A stretch of DNA of 27,356 nucleotides from the IMG/VR virus record IMGVR_UViG_3300032218_001128, positions 1 to 27,356 of that record; one strand, given 5' to 3'. Below the pieces are notes generated by a model. It ran no database searches, had not been told where the DNA came from, and was given only the letters and a program-made list of their open reading frames with translations. Source of the stretch: a virus. Its lineage: Duplodnaviria > Caudoviricetes. Made by a program: the position numbers and the translations under genes. Shown piece by piece: positions 9,879 through 17,964 of the stretch (position 1 is the stretch's first letter; the number at the start of each line of letters is the position of its first letter).

Positions 9879-10274
9879 CTATTTTGATGTAGGTTTACGT
9901 ACGGTGATGCCAAACTCTCGCATCACATTTACGCCGGGGGGTAGACCATCTTCTTTGTGTTCCGACATAAATTCTTTGAAGTTGCCTTGGTGTATACGGC
10001 GCTCAAATAAATCAATTGCCTGATGTTCCAAGATAAACTTCTTAAAGTTGTCCCAATCGTTACAGTAAAAACGCTCGTTCATCTTGCGAATCACTGTTCC
10101 GTTTTGGGTGCTAATACTATTAGCATTGGTTTCATTACAGATTGAAAGCATCGACTGCTCTAGGACTGACAGCTCTTCCTTTAGCACCTTGTCTTTGGCT
10201 TCATACTCATTGAGTATCTTTTCACGTTCACTACGTATTGTCAAGTATATTTGTACTAATTCTTCAAGATTCAT
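9879..10274 (-). CDS. Conserved phage protein with N-terminal coiled coil
   Basis: Start reassigned to MNLEELVQ (10274; alternative 10280), overlapping the SNF2 stop; DWDNFKKFI...LPPGV pattern. Confidence 0.7.
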   Translation of the reverse strand: MNLEELVQIYLTIRSEREKILNEYEAKDKVLKEELSVLEQSMLSICNETNANSISTQNGTVIRKMNERFYCNDWDNFKKFILEHQAIDLFERRIHQGNFKEFMSEHKEDGLPPGVNVMREFGITVRKPTSK

Positions 10275-11838
10275 TTTCATTTCCGATAGTTTGTTTGTAA
10301 AGGTCAACCAGCTTCTCATGCGAATCAACTTTGCCTTGAAGCATCTCGTACATCTTGCGTTCCACTTCTGACCCCTGTAGGTGTACAACAGTCATGCTGT
10401 TTTTCTGTCCCACTCGGTCAATTCGGGCAACGCATTGTAGGTACGTTTCCACACTCATGACAGGCGACCAAAACACTACGGTGTTCGCAGCGGTAAGTGT
10501 CACGCCATGTGATGCGGCTTGCGGTTGGATAATTAAAACTCTAGGTAACTCTGCGGTTTGAAATCTGTTGATGATCTCTGACCGTTCTCTTGCGGGTACA
10601 TCTCCGTTTATTATTTCATTGCTGACTCCTTGCTCTACTAGATACCGGGCCACTACATCTATCGTATGTCGATAAGGCACAAAGATTACGACCTTATGTT
10701 CAGTCTCATCTAGCACCTCCATCAACGCATTCAGTCGTGGGCTAACGTCAAACTCAATTACATCGTGCTTATCGGTGTATACAGCACCACCTGAAATTTG
10801 TAACAACTTACTTAACTTAGCAGCAGCATTGACTGCACTAATTTCTTCTCCTGCTGCCTCAACTAATAGCTGACTCTTTAAAATCTTATAGTATCTATTT
10901 GCCTGCGCGGTAAGCGGAACTAAGCGCGTTTGATACATAAGGGGTGGTAAGTCTAGGCATTCCGCTTTTGTGAACCGTATAGCGGGCTGTAGTGCGTCAT
11001 ACACTATCTGTCGAGCCATTGGTCTCGGAACCCAACTAAACCTAGACACAGACTGCATCACCCTATCGCGCCAAGCCGTGAAGAACTTCGGCACATTCGC
11101 AGGGGATACTAATCGTGCAAGCCCAAACGCATCAAGCGGGGACTGCGAAGCGGGAGTGCCTGTGAGCATCCATAATCTCGTAGAGGGGGATAGAATTTTC
11201 GCTAGAGTTTTCCAGCGTTTGGTTGTAGCTGTTTTATAAGCGTTTGCTTCGTCAACCACAATTAGGTCAAACCCTAGATTACGGATTTCATCTTGAACAA
11301 TGTTCACGCCATCGTAATTGATAATGACAAATTCATATGCACCACTGATGATTTTCTTACGCCTGCTTGCTTCGCCATAGGCAACCGCAACGCTTCTGTG
11401 CATAGCAGTTTTAAATATATCAGCCTGCCATGCTGAGTACATAATTGATAAAGGGCAGATCACCAACACACGCTTGACTAGACCTTGTGTCATCAAATAG
11501 TCAGCAGCCCAAATCACTGAGGAGGTCTTGCCTGTGCCTGCTTCATTAAAACAGAATGCGCGATCACGCAGCGTTAGAAAAGCTGCAGTTGTAATTTGAT
11601 GTTTGAATGGAGTGTATAGGCCCGGAAACTTATAGTCTCGCGTGATTGGAGAAGGTATTTGATCATGGTCATATATCCTTGCGAGGGCTTGCATCTCTTC
11701 AAGACCCCAGTACACAAGTAGATCGGCATAATCACCATCAACGTCTACTATCTCGCTCTTGGTTATATTACGCGATGCTGCTTGTGCTGACTCTACATCT
11801 AACTTCAATCTTACTGCACTGTTCTGAACTATTTCCAC
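10264..11838 (-). CDS. SNF2-family (SF2) helicase
   Basis: Motif I EAGTGKT, motif II DEAN, motif III TGTP, motif VI QCVARIDRVGQ. Confidence 0.92.
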   Translation of the reverse strand: MEIVQNSAVRLKLDVESAQAASRNITKSEIVDVDGDYADLLVYWGLEEMQALARIYDHDQIPSPITRDYKFPGLYTPFKHQITTAAFLTLRDRAFCFNEAGTGKTSSVIWAADYLMTQGLVKRVLVICPLSIMYSAWQADIFKTAMHRSVAVAYGEASRRKKIISGAYEFVIINYDGVNIVQDEIRNLGFDLIVVDEANAYKTATTKRWKTLAKILSPSTRLWMLTGTPASQSPLDAFGLARLVSPANVPKFFTAWRDRVMQSVSRFSWVPRPMARQIVYDALQPAIRFTKAECLDLPPLMYQTRLVPLTAQANRYYKILKSQLLVEAAGEEISAVNAAAKLSKLLQISGGAVYTDKHDVIEFDVSPRLNALMEVLDETEHKVVIFVPYRHTIDVVARYLVEQGVSNEIINGDVPARERSEIINRFQTAELPRVLIIQPQAASHGVTLTAANTVVFWSPVMSVETYLQCVARIDRVGQKNSMTVVHLQGSEVERKMYEMLQGKVDSHEKLVDLYKQTIGNENES

Positions 11839-11857
11839 GATTATCCTTGACTGTTAA

Positions 11858-12002
11858 TTACCCCTTACGGGGGTAAGTCGGTTGAGCCTAACGCGCCGGA
11901 GAAGTCGGAAAACTTTGTAAGCACCGCCCAACTGACATGGTTAATGGGTCAAGCAAACTTCCAAAGCCACCCCCCGCCGCACACTCATGCCTAACTGCGG
12001 CG
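11858..12002 (-). ncRNA. Candidate structured RNA / cis-regulatory leader upstream of the SNF2 helicase
   Basis: Three stems in a 166-bp spacer; G-U pairs work only on the minus strand; potential pseudoknot; GUAA-loop hairpin before the RBS. Confidence 0.5.
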
Positions 12003-12004
12003 TA

Positions 12005-12316
12005 TTATCTCTTGCGTTCTTTCTTACTAACTTCTGAAACCAAATTACCTTTTGAGTCACGCTTAAACGAACGGTTCTTTGCTGCACTTTCAATTCGCAA
12101 TCCATTTTTGTTTGACCCGCCTTTATCAAGCGCCTTAACGTGTGCTACATCTTTACCTTCACGTGCATCAGCTTTACCGTTGCCATTACCGTCAGGCATT
12201 TCTTTATCTAGCTTACGCCGACCACGTTGGCGTTCCATGCGGCGATCATTCTCGCCTCTAGCTAGTTGCTGTTGGTATTCTTTTGCATATGGGCGGGGCT
12301 TATTAACGTAGGGCAT
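12005..12316 (-). CDS. HNH-like endonuclease
   Basis: DVAHVKALDKGGSN...NR resembles the DHxxPLxxGGxN...N beta-beta-alpha-metal motif. Confidence 0.65.
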   Translation of the reverse strand: MPYVNKPRPYAKEYQQQLARGENDRRMERQRGRRKLDKEMPDGNGNGKADAREGKDVAHVKALDKGGSNKNGLRIESAAKNRSFKRDSKGNLVSEVSKKERKR

Positions 12317-12972
12317 TATCTTTCCTTATGGAAGTCGCAGGTTCGCACCGGACACCATCCACACAAGGGCGTAGGGTTAGGCATCCACGCATCATTTTCG
12401 TACGACATTTGCATTCGCGCAAGGTCACCGTTAAAGCTATTCCAGAGTTCATCAATTTGGCTACGCTTATACTCTTCATCTATAAAAGAATCATGAGCCA
12501 CGAACAACAGCCCAGCCTTTACGTGTTCAACTTGAAAAAAATGTGCGAATACCATTAGTGCCATTAGTTTCAATTGTTTTGTATCAGGGTACTTATTGCT
12601 ACCTGTCTTGTAGTCAACGATGTAAGCCGTGTTTCCGTCAATGATTATCAAATCTGCAATACCTCGCACCCACCGATCTTTACCGTTGTACTCACATTCA
12701 TTGCCTTTACGGTCAAGCGCCATTTTGTACTCAGGGTAACGAATCCCTTCAATTGCCAGTAAAGTGTCAAGCATCCCTGCAAACCGCTTGTAGTTCTCAG
12801 CAAGTGGCGTACCGTCTTTGACGTAGTTCTCAAGGGCTTTATGGACTTCATTGCCATAGGTCATCTCAGGTGTTACACGTTTGAAGAAACGCTTTAGTAC
12901 TTTAGTTTCTTGATATTGCTTAGGACAGTTAACGTATTCCTTTAACGATGAGAACGACCACGTGAAGTCCAT
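12316..12972 (-). CDS. Cas4-like PD-(D/E)XK exonuclease
   Basis: WSFSSL..CP, GNEVH, RGIADL, VDYKTG, QLKLMA and C-terminal CGWCPVRTC (4-Cys arrangement); start reassigned to MDFTWS. Confidence 0.85.
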   Translation of the reverse strand: MDFTWSFSSLKEYVNCPKQYQETKVLKRFFKRVTPEMTYGNEVHKALENYVKDGTPLAENYKRFAGMLDTLLAIEGIRYPEYKMALDRKGNECEYNGKDRWVRGIADLIIIDGNTAYIVDYKTGSNKYPDTKQLKLMALMVFAHFFQVEHVKAGLLFVAHDSFIDEEYKRSQIDELWNSFNGDLARMQMSYENDAWMPNPTPLCGWCPVRTCDFHKER

Positions 12973-13000
12973 AGTTACCCTTTGAAAAGTTTGTCTGTAC

Positions 13001-13029
13001 ATATTACACAGAAAACGTGCGCTCGGCAA
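13001..13029 (-). promoter_or_regulatory. Internal sigma70-type promoter for the exonuclease-helicase block
   Basis: TTGCCG-17 bp-TAATAT with TGTG immediately upstream of the -10, in the 75-bp gap after polA. Confidence 0.55.
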
Positions 13030-13047
13030 TACATTCTGCAACTATAT

Positions 13048-14922
13048 TTAGCACTCGCCATATGAGTCCCCGTACTTAGCTTCACAAGCCACGGGTAAAC
13101 CCTTAGCCCACTCGGGCGCGATAGACATAACTTGGGTAATATACCCAATCGCTTCTTGGACTTCCTCCACTGGCACAACACATACAGCCGCATCGTGTAC
13201 CGTGAGGACTACTTTGTACCTTTTTTGTATCTCTAGCATCTGCTGCCCGACGATGATCCTCGCCAAGGCTTGGACTACGTTCTCCACCACTGTGCCGCCC
13301 CATAAGTTCACCGTTCCTTTGCGCGAAGAATAAACGTGCTGCTTTCTCTCGTCTTCTTTGCTGATGTTCTTTAGATCAGGATAGCGTATATACAGTCCGT
13401 TGGGTAGGCGTATACCTTCTTTGGTTACCCGTAGACATTTATGCTTACCGTACCAACTCTCGTTGGTCTTCTCGTCATCCCACTCAGCTATCTTACCTAG
13501 CATGGTATCCCCGTCACGCCACAACTGGATAATGTTGGCGTTTGTTTGTCGGTATAGCTCAACAATATCTTTACACTTAGCTTCATCTAGTTCTACACCC
13601 GGTGGCGTAGTCTTCAAGGTGTGTTGTAGTTTTAACGCTCCTGTTCCATAGCCAAGCCCCAAGATACAAGTCTTACCCACAAACCGCTCAACAGGATCAG
13701 CCTTAGATATAGGGCGCTTGTAAATCTTTGATGCAAACACGGAGTACACATCTTCACCGTCAGCAAACGACTTCACCAAGGTATCCTCTCCCGCCAACCA
13801 TGCAAGCACCCGCGCTTCGATCTGCGAGGAGTCACAGTTAATCACCACATGACCGAACGGCGCAATGATTGCGTTCTTTAGCGTCTTCTTTTTCTTGTCA
13901 CGGCTTGGCAAGTTTTGAAAGTTAACCTTATCTACCCCTGACCAACGACCTGTATGTGCGCCGTAGTATTTAAGTGGGATAGGTAAGCGCCCCCTATTAC
14001 GTGCGCCAACGCCTATGAATCTCTCTATCCTTGACTCTTCTATGGTGGATTTGGTCCCAAGCCTTACTGCACACAACTGCTGAATAAATGGGTCTTCATG
14101 TGCGGTCAACGATATAAACCCTTCATCGTTTTTAGCGAGGGCGAACGTCTCCTTGCCTGTGGTCTTACTTTGCTTGGTTGGCGCGGGTACGCCATACTCT
14201 TGTAATAACTCAGCGAACTGTTTATTACTTGCGAGCTTTTTACGCACCGCTTCCTCGGTATCGCACTTTAATTTCTCCATCAACGTGCCAAGCATTGCCA
14301 GCTTTTCTTGGCGTACTTCATTTAGACGATCCTCAAGCATTGCGTCATCAACCTCAAGTACAGGATCAATAAACATCCGCAACGTCATGTCAATTAGAGA
14401 AAATTCTTCAGGCGGGTAATTAGATGCCAGTTCCTTAAAAAGAGCCTTCGTGAGGTCAACGTCATTCTTGCAGTACTCACCATACTGCGCTAAGTCTTCA
14501 GGTGTGAAGTTCTTACGTTTCTTACCCTTGGCATCCTCTACCTCAGTACCTTTCGCGCCCAGTTCGTAGCGTTCAGCAAGAGCCTTGAGTGACCCGCCTG
14601 CATCTACCCCATGTATGGATCGCGCCATGCACAGGGTATCGAAATAAAAGGCAGGTCTGATATTAAACTTCCATGCAAGGATTGCGCCATCAAACATTGT
14701 GTTGTGGCATAGCAAAGCACTCTCAGCCCAATCAAACTGCATCAGGAATGACTTTGTTTCCTCACGACTGCCTGAGAACCAGACGGCTGGCGCATCGTCA
14801 ACCTTCACTCCTACGCCAATTACTTCAAACTTAGTTTTGTTAATGTACTCTTCAGTAGTCAACTTGCTAAGTGTGTAGTCTTGGGCGTAGTACGTCTCAA
14901 AGTCTAGTGTGATGAAGCTCAT
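13048..14922 (-). CDS. polA: Phage family A DNA polymerase with 3'-5' exonuclease domain
   Basis: ExoI LDFET, ExoII HNTMFD, ExoIII YCKND; motif A DSSQIEAR; motif B RFVGKTCILGLGYG; motif C VHDA. Confidence 0.95.
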   Translation of the reverse strand: MSFITLDFETYYAQDYTLSKLTTEEYINKTKFEVIGVGVKVDDAPAVWFSGSREETKSFLMQFDWAESALLCHNTMFDGAILAWKFNIRPAFYFDTLCMARSIHGVDAGGSLKALAERYELGAKGTEVEDAKGKKRKNFTPEDLAQYGEYCKNDVDLTKALFKELASNYPPEEFSLIDMTLRMFIDPVLEVDDAMLEDRLNEVRQEKLAMLGTLMEKLKCDTEEAVRKKLASNKQFAELLQEYGVPAPTKQSKTTGKETFALAKNDEGFISLTAHEDPFIQQLCAVRLGTKSTIEESRIERFIGVGARNRGRLPIPLKYYGAHTGRWSGVDKVNFQNLPSRDKKKKTLKNAIIAPFGHVVINCDSSQIEARVLAWLAGEDTLVKSFADGEDVYSVFASKIYKRPISKADPVERFVGKTCILGLGYGTGALKLQHTLKTTPPGVELDEAKCKDIVELYRQTNANIIQLWRDGDTMLGKIAEWDDEKTNESWYGKHKCLRVTKEGIRLPNGLYIRYPDLKNISKEDERKQHVYSSRKGTVNLWGGTVVENVVQALARIIVGQQMLEIQKRYKVVLTVHDAAVCVVPVEEVQEAIGYITQVMSIAPEWAKGLPVACEAKYGDSYGEC

Positions 14923-15218
14923 TTAAATCCTAAGGTCTTAGCAAAGTTACTGCCTTGCATACGTATCTTTCTCAGAGGGTTTACGTCATTGTGTGAAGCC
15001 TCGACACCATCCTCGTCACCCACACCCGCTAGTTTCTTCATCACCGCCTCGGTGAATTGATCTTGCATCATCGCGTTATAAGCTAATGTGTACGCAGTTT
15101 TATCCTCGGGCAACATATACTCCCAATAATCTCTTACCATTCTGCCCCATTCATCCCTTATAAACTCTTCGGGGTTAGTCTTCATGCGCTCAATAAGTAT
15201 CTGTATGCCTGTGTTCAT
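14919..15218 (-). CDS. Hypothetical protein, paralog of 15215..15646
   Basis: IQILIERMKTNPEEF...FTEAVMKKLAG; overlapping start/stop coupling at both ends. Confidence 0.8.
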   Translation of the reverse strand: MNTGIQILIERMKTNPEEFIRDEWGRMVRDYWEYMLPEDKTAYTLAYNAMMQDQFTEAVMKKLAGVGDEDGVEASHNDVNPLRKIRMQGSNFAKTLGFK

Positions 15219-15646
15219 TTATTCACCTGTGTCAGAGTGTAGCTGTCGGTGTTTATGTCATATGCCTTGACATAGCTTTTAGTATGTATCTTTACGTGTT
15301 TGTCATACTCATCTTCAAGTATCTTCAGCGAATCTTCAGTTATTTGTTTCATAGTTAGTATTGATTTGGGTTTTGAGCCAAACCCCTTTGTTTTAGCTGC
15401 CATAGCTTCGTCAATGCTACTCATAGCATCAGTACCCACCAAGCGTTTCATCACGGCTTCGTTGAACAGCGTACGTTTAGCTTCAGTCATCGCTGCGGCT
15501 AGTGCTTCTCTTTCTTCTTGAGTCATGCAGGGGCTAAAGTTATTTATTAAATCGCCCCACTTACTATATTTATTTAATTGCCCTTCCTCAAATTCTTCAG
15601 GATGGGTCTTGGTTCTTTCGATTAATATTTGTATTGCTGATAACAC
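15215..15646 (-). CDS. Hypothetical protein, paralog of 14919..15218
   Basis: IQILIERTKTHPEEF...FNEAVMKRLVG; GTG 15646 follows GGAGAA and aligns with the paralog N-terminus. Confidence 0.8.
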   Translation of the reverse strand: MLSAIQILIERTKTHPEEFEEGQLNKYSKWGDLINNFSPCMTQEEREALAAAMTEAKRTLFNEAVMKRLVGTDAMSSIDEAMAAKTKGFGSKPKSILTMKQITEDSLKILEDEYDKHVKIHTKSYVKAYDINTDSYTLTQVNK

Positions 15647-15665
15647 GGCATTCTCCAATTAAGAC

Positions 15666-15681
15666 TTCAGGGTAAGGTGAA
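15666..15681. promoter_or_regulatory. TTCA-N8-TGAA box
   Basis: TTCAGGGTAAGGTGAA, 9 bp upstream of an RBS. Confidence 0.6.
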
Positions 15682-15707
15682 TTGCTAAATAAGCATTTTG
15701 TATAGCT

Positions 15708-15734
15708 AAAAAAGGGGGCGCAACGCGCCACCCT
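15708..15734 (-). terminator. Intrinsic terminator
   Basis: AGGG(T)GGCGC-GTT-GCGCCCCCT-TTTTT just after the stop at 15743. Confidence 0.75.
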
Positions 15735-15742
15735 AGTACTGA

Positions 15743-16213
15743 TTACTTCTTGAGATTATTTATTGCACGACTCAAATACCACTGAGCTTTCTCAAGGTCT
15801 TCAAGCGTACTGCCCTTGTGATCACTTCGTGTAATATATTTAACTACATTGCCAAGGTGATAACCCAACTCTTTCGCCTCAATGAAGTCGATAGTCTCAA
15901 TGCCCCCTTTGGTGTAGTGCGGAGGGCTGTTTACCATATCAGTCATTGACTTGTTACTAGTGGTGAATGAGATAGGTGTTGCCACTTTAAACGAGAGAGG
16001 CGGTTCACCCCGCGCCCTTGCTAGAGAATCTTTTAAACTAACCTCATCTATAGTAAGAGGCTTAACTTTGGGCTTGGCTTCGATCTCAGCCTTGTGCTTG
16101 CTGCGAACATTGTAGACATAGCTTTTTGATAGCCCTGTCTTTTTAATAATCATAGCGGGTGTAAGCCCTTGTCTGCACATCTCAATGACTTGCTCTAATT
16201 TATTGCGTTTCAT
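15743..16213 (-). CDS. HTH-like N-terminus fused to a DUF3310 (SaV-like) domain
   Basis: DMVNSPPHY..GGIETIDFI...GNVVKY..R...K...EDLEKAQWYL is the DUF3310 signature; N-terminal TPAMIIKKTGLSKSYVYNV; start MKRNK follows GGAGAA. Confidence 0.8.
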   Translation of the reverse strand: MKRNKLEQVIEMCRQGLTPAMIIKKTGLSKSYVYNVRSKHKAEIEAKPKVKPLTIDEVSLKDSLARARGEPPLSFKVATPISFTTSNKSMTDMVNSPPHYTKGGIETIDFIEAKELGYHLGNVVKYITRSDHKGSTLEDLEKAQWYLSRAINNLKK

Positions 16214-16214
16214 T

Positions 16215-16421
16215 TTACTTCTCCTGTTTTGTGTACTTACGTTTAATTGCTGTAATACCCACTTCGGGTTCTTTCTCGGCATACTTCGCCTTAATCATTT
16301 CATCAGCTAGGACATAACACCACGTAGCAACACGTGGCTCACTTCCATCCGTGACACCTCTACTAGTTAATCCTTGTAGTGCCATGCCCGCAAACAAATC
16401 TCTTAGGTCTTCATCATCCAT
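16215..16421 (-). CDS. Small conserved phage protein (LRDxFAxxAxQG type)
   Basis: [13 protein letters not shown]...[11 protein letters not shown]. Confidence 0.8.
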   Translation of the reverse strand: MDDEDLRDLFAGMALQGLTSRGVTDGSEPRVATWCYVLADEMIKAKYAEKEPEVGITAIKRKYTKQEK

Positions 16422-16578
16422 TAAGTTCTAGTGCCTCCCGATTGTGTTTAAAGGCATAGTCATTGCGGTACTCTGAGGGCGGAGTCCACCCGTACTTGCG
16501 CCACACTGCTTGCACGTTTGAGCCACTGACGTATTTGAATGTTGTATTAGATAGGTTGTTCTGATTCTGCTGTTCCAT
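16414..16578 (-). CDS. 54-aa phage protein not in the ORF track ([15 protein letters not shown])
   Basis: Manual translation [54 protein letters not shown]; fills the gap between neighbours. Confidence 0.65.
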   Translation of the reverse strand: MEQQNQNNLSNTTFKYVSGSNVQAVWRKYGWTPPSEYRNDYAFKHNREALELNG

Positions 16579-16852
16579 TTAATATATCCTCTAGTATTGA
16601 GATGTTTGTTTCGTTAATAACATACGACATACCACCTGCTTTTCTAATATCCAATAAGGTTTTCTCCTGTAACGCTGTGGTCTTACCCTTCCCGGCCTTG
16701 CACTCTAAGCCTACGAACAAACCGTTATAGCAAACTAGGAAGTCAGGTACGCCTGACACACCATAGCCACCAGTTACCGGCATTACATAGTAAACACCGA
16801 TTTCTTTTAATACTTTCTTTACTCGTTCTTTCACCTTTGCTTCGGGGGTCAT
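16547..16852 (-). CDS. VRR-NUC domain nuclease (putative Holliday junction resolvase)
   Basis: MTPEAKVK...GVPDFL...GLECKAG...TALQ. Confidence 0.85.
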   Translation of the reverse strand: MTPEAKVKERVKKVLKEIGVYYVMPVTGGYGVSGVPDFLVCYNGLFVGLECKAGKGKTTALQEKTLLDIRKAGGMSYVINETNISILEDILNGTAESEQPI

Positions 16853-17148
16853 ACTGGATTCCTTAACCATGCTGCTGCTTCATCGGGGCGGGGGATAAAT
16901 ATTTGTTTGTTGCTCACAATGACTGGCTCTCGCTTGTCATCACCATCACCCCAAAACCATATACGTGTTACTTGCCCACGCTTGTTAATCTCATACTCAC
17001 CAATATGAATTTTGCTTCTGTCATGCAAGGTCTTGAGCGTAGACAGCACAGACTTAATAGGTCTGCCTGTCATCCTTGATATTGCACTAGCTGAGCCACG
17101 CCCAATCTTCTGTAAAGCTTTTCCTACAGATAGTTTTGTTTCACTCAT
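16849..17148 (-). CDS. Hypothetical protein, winged-HTH-like
   Basis: SASAISRMTGRPIKSVLSTLKTL followed by a beta-hairpin; start MSETK overlaps the upstream stop. Confidence 0.6.
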   Translation of the reverse strand: MSETKLSVGKALQKIGRGSASAISRMTGRPIKSVLSTLKTLHDRSKIHIGEYEINKRGQVTRIWFWGDGDDKREPVIVSNKQIFIPRPDEAAAWLRNPV

Positions 17149-17347
17149 CTTTCTTCCTCTGCGCTGCGTACACACCCGCACGATACCCGATCTCGTACGC
17201 TTTGCGTAGCGTCATGATACCCAGTTCGGCATTGTTCATATCCATAATGAAATACGCAGCCCGCTGCTGTGCTTCTGCTTCTAGCGTATAGGCTTGCTGC
17301 ATCCGTTGCTTGCGCTCAAGTTCTTGCCATGCTTCATCTTCAGTCAT
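17141..17347 (-). CDS. Hypothetical protein
   Basis: MTEDEAWQELER...AYEIGYRAG; coupled with neighbours. Confidence 0.65.
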   Translation of the reverse strand: MTEDEAWQELERKQRMQQAYTLEAEAQQRAAYFIMDMNNAELGIMTLRKAYEIGYRAGVYAAQRKKDE

Positions 17348-17543
17348 TTTGCCACTCCACTTTGTAAATACCACCATCAACACCCCAGTCGATGCGGATG
17401 TTGCACTCTTTGTAATACGGGTTCAGCATCATACCTAAGTGATGTGACTCAGGCTTGACGCTGTAGTACCTGCTAGTGATGACTTTGCCATGATCTTCGG
17501 GCGGTACGGTCTGTCGGTACAACGGCGGTTTAGTTGCGCTCAT
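17340..17543 (-). CDS. Hypothetical protein
   Basis: Start reassigned to MSATKPP (ATGA overlap with the upstream micro-ORF). Confidence 0.55.
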   Translation of the reverse strand: MSATKPPLYRQTVPPEDHGKVITSRYYSVKPESHHLGMMLNPYYKECNIRIDWGVDGGIYKVEWQND

Positions 17544-17620
17544 TTCAGCACCCATAAGATTAACGCAACGCCCAAGTAAAAATACCCTACCCACTCGATC
17601 ACTTCGCTTGATGTATTCAT
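17540..17620 (-). CDS. 26-aa single-transmembrane micro-protein
   Basis: MNTSSEVIEWVGYFYLGVALILWVLK; ATGA overlaps at both its start and its stop. Confidence 0.6.
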   Translation of the reverse strand: MNTSSEVIEWVGYFYLGVALILWVLK

Positions 17621-17964
17621 CTCTCACCTTTTAATTTATTCAGTAAAGTCGTAGGTAACACAAGGCAATACAAGTTCTTGGTCACACGCCACCCAACGTC
17701 ATCTAAGTCTTTGCTATGATTGTTTTCATAGAAAGAAAAACTGTTGAAATACAACTCGTCATCAGTGAAGACCTCTAATATTGGTATGGCTTTGATCATC
17801 GCTAGTCGTACCTTGATCTCATCCGGTAATGTATCTACATCGTATCTACGCACGTAGTGATCGTCTACTTGCAACTGATACTCACCATCTTCTTCGCGCA
17901 AAGATACACGATGCGTACCATTAACGGTTCTATGTACTACCGGAGTTAACTTGGGTCGCTGCAT
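17617..17964 (-). CDS. Hypothetical protein
   Basis: ~115-aa ORF in the operon; exact start uncertain (17964 vs 17979). Confidence 0.7.
   Translation of the reverse strand: MQRPKLTPVVHRTVNGTHRVSLREEDGEYQLQVDDHYVRRYDVDTLPDEIKVRLAMIKAIPILEVFTDDELYFNSFSFYENNHSKDLDDVGWRVTKNLYCLVLPTTLLNKLKGER

Noticed and set aside
11240-11255. DEAN instead of DEAH in SNF2 motif II as a sign of inactivation
   Set aside because: Catalytic DE is intact and all other motifs are present; the fourth position is variable
12005-12316. HNH-like gene as part of a group I intron
   Set aside because: Flanking genes are intact rather than split, and the adjacent structured region is too short and shows no recognisable group I core
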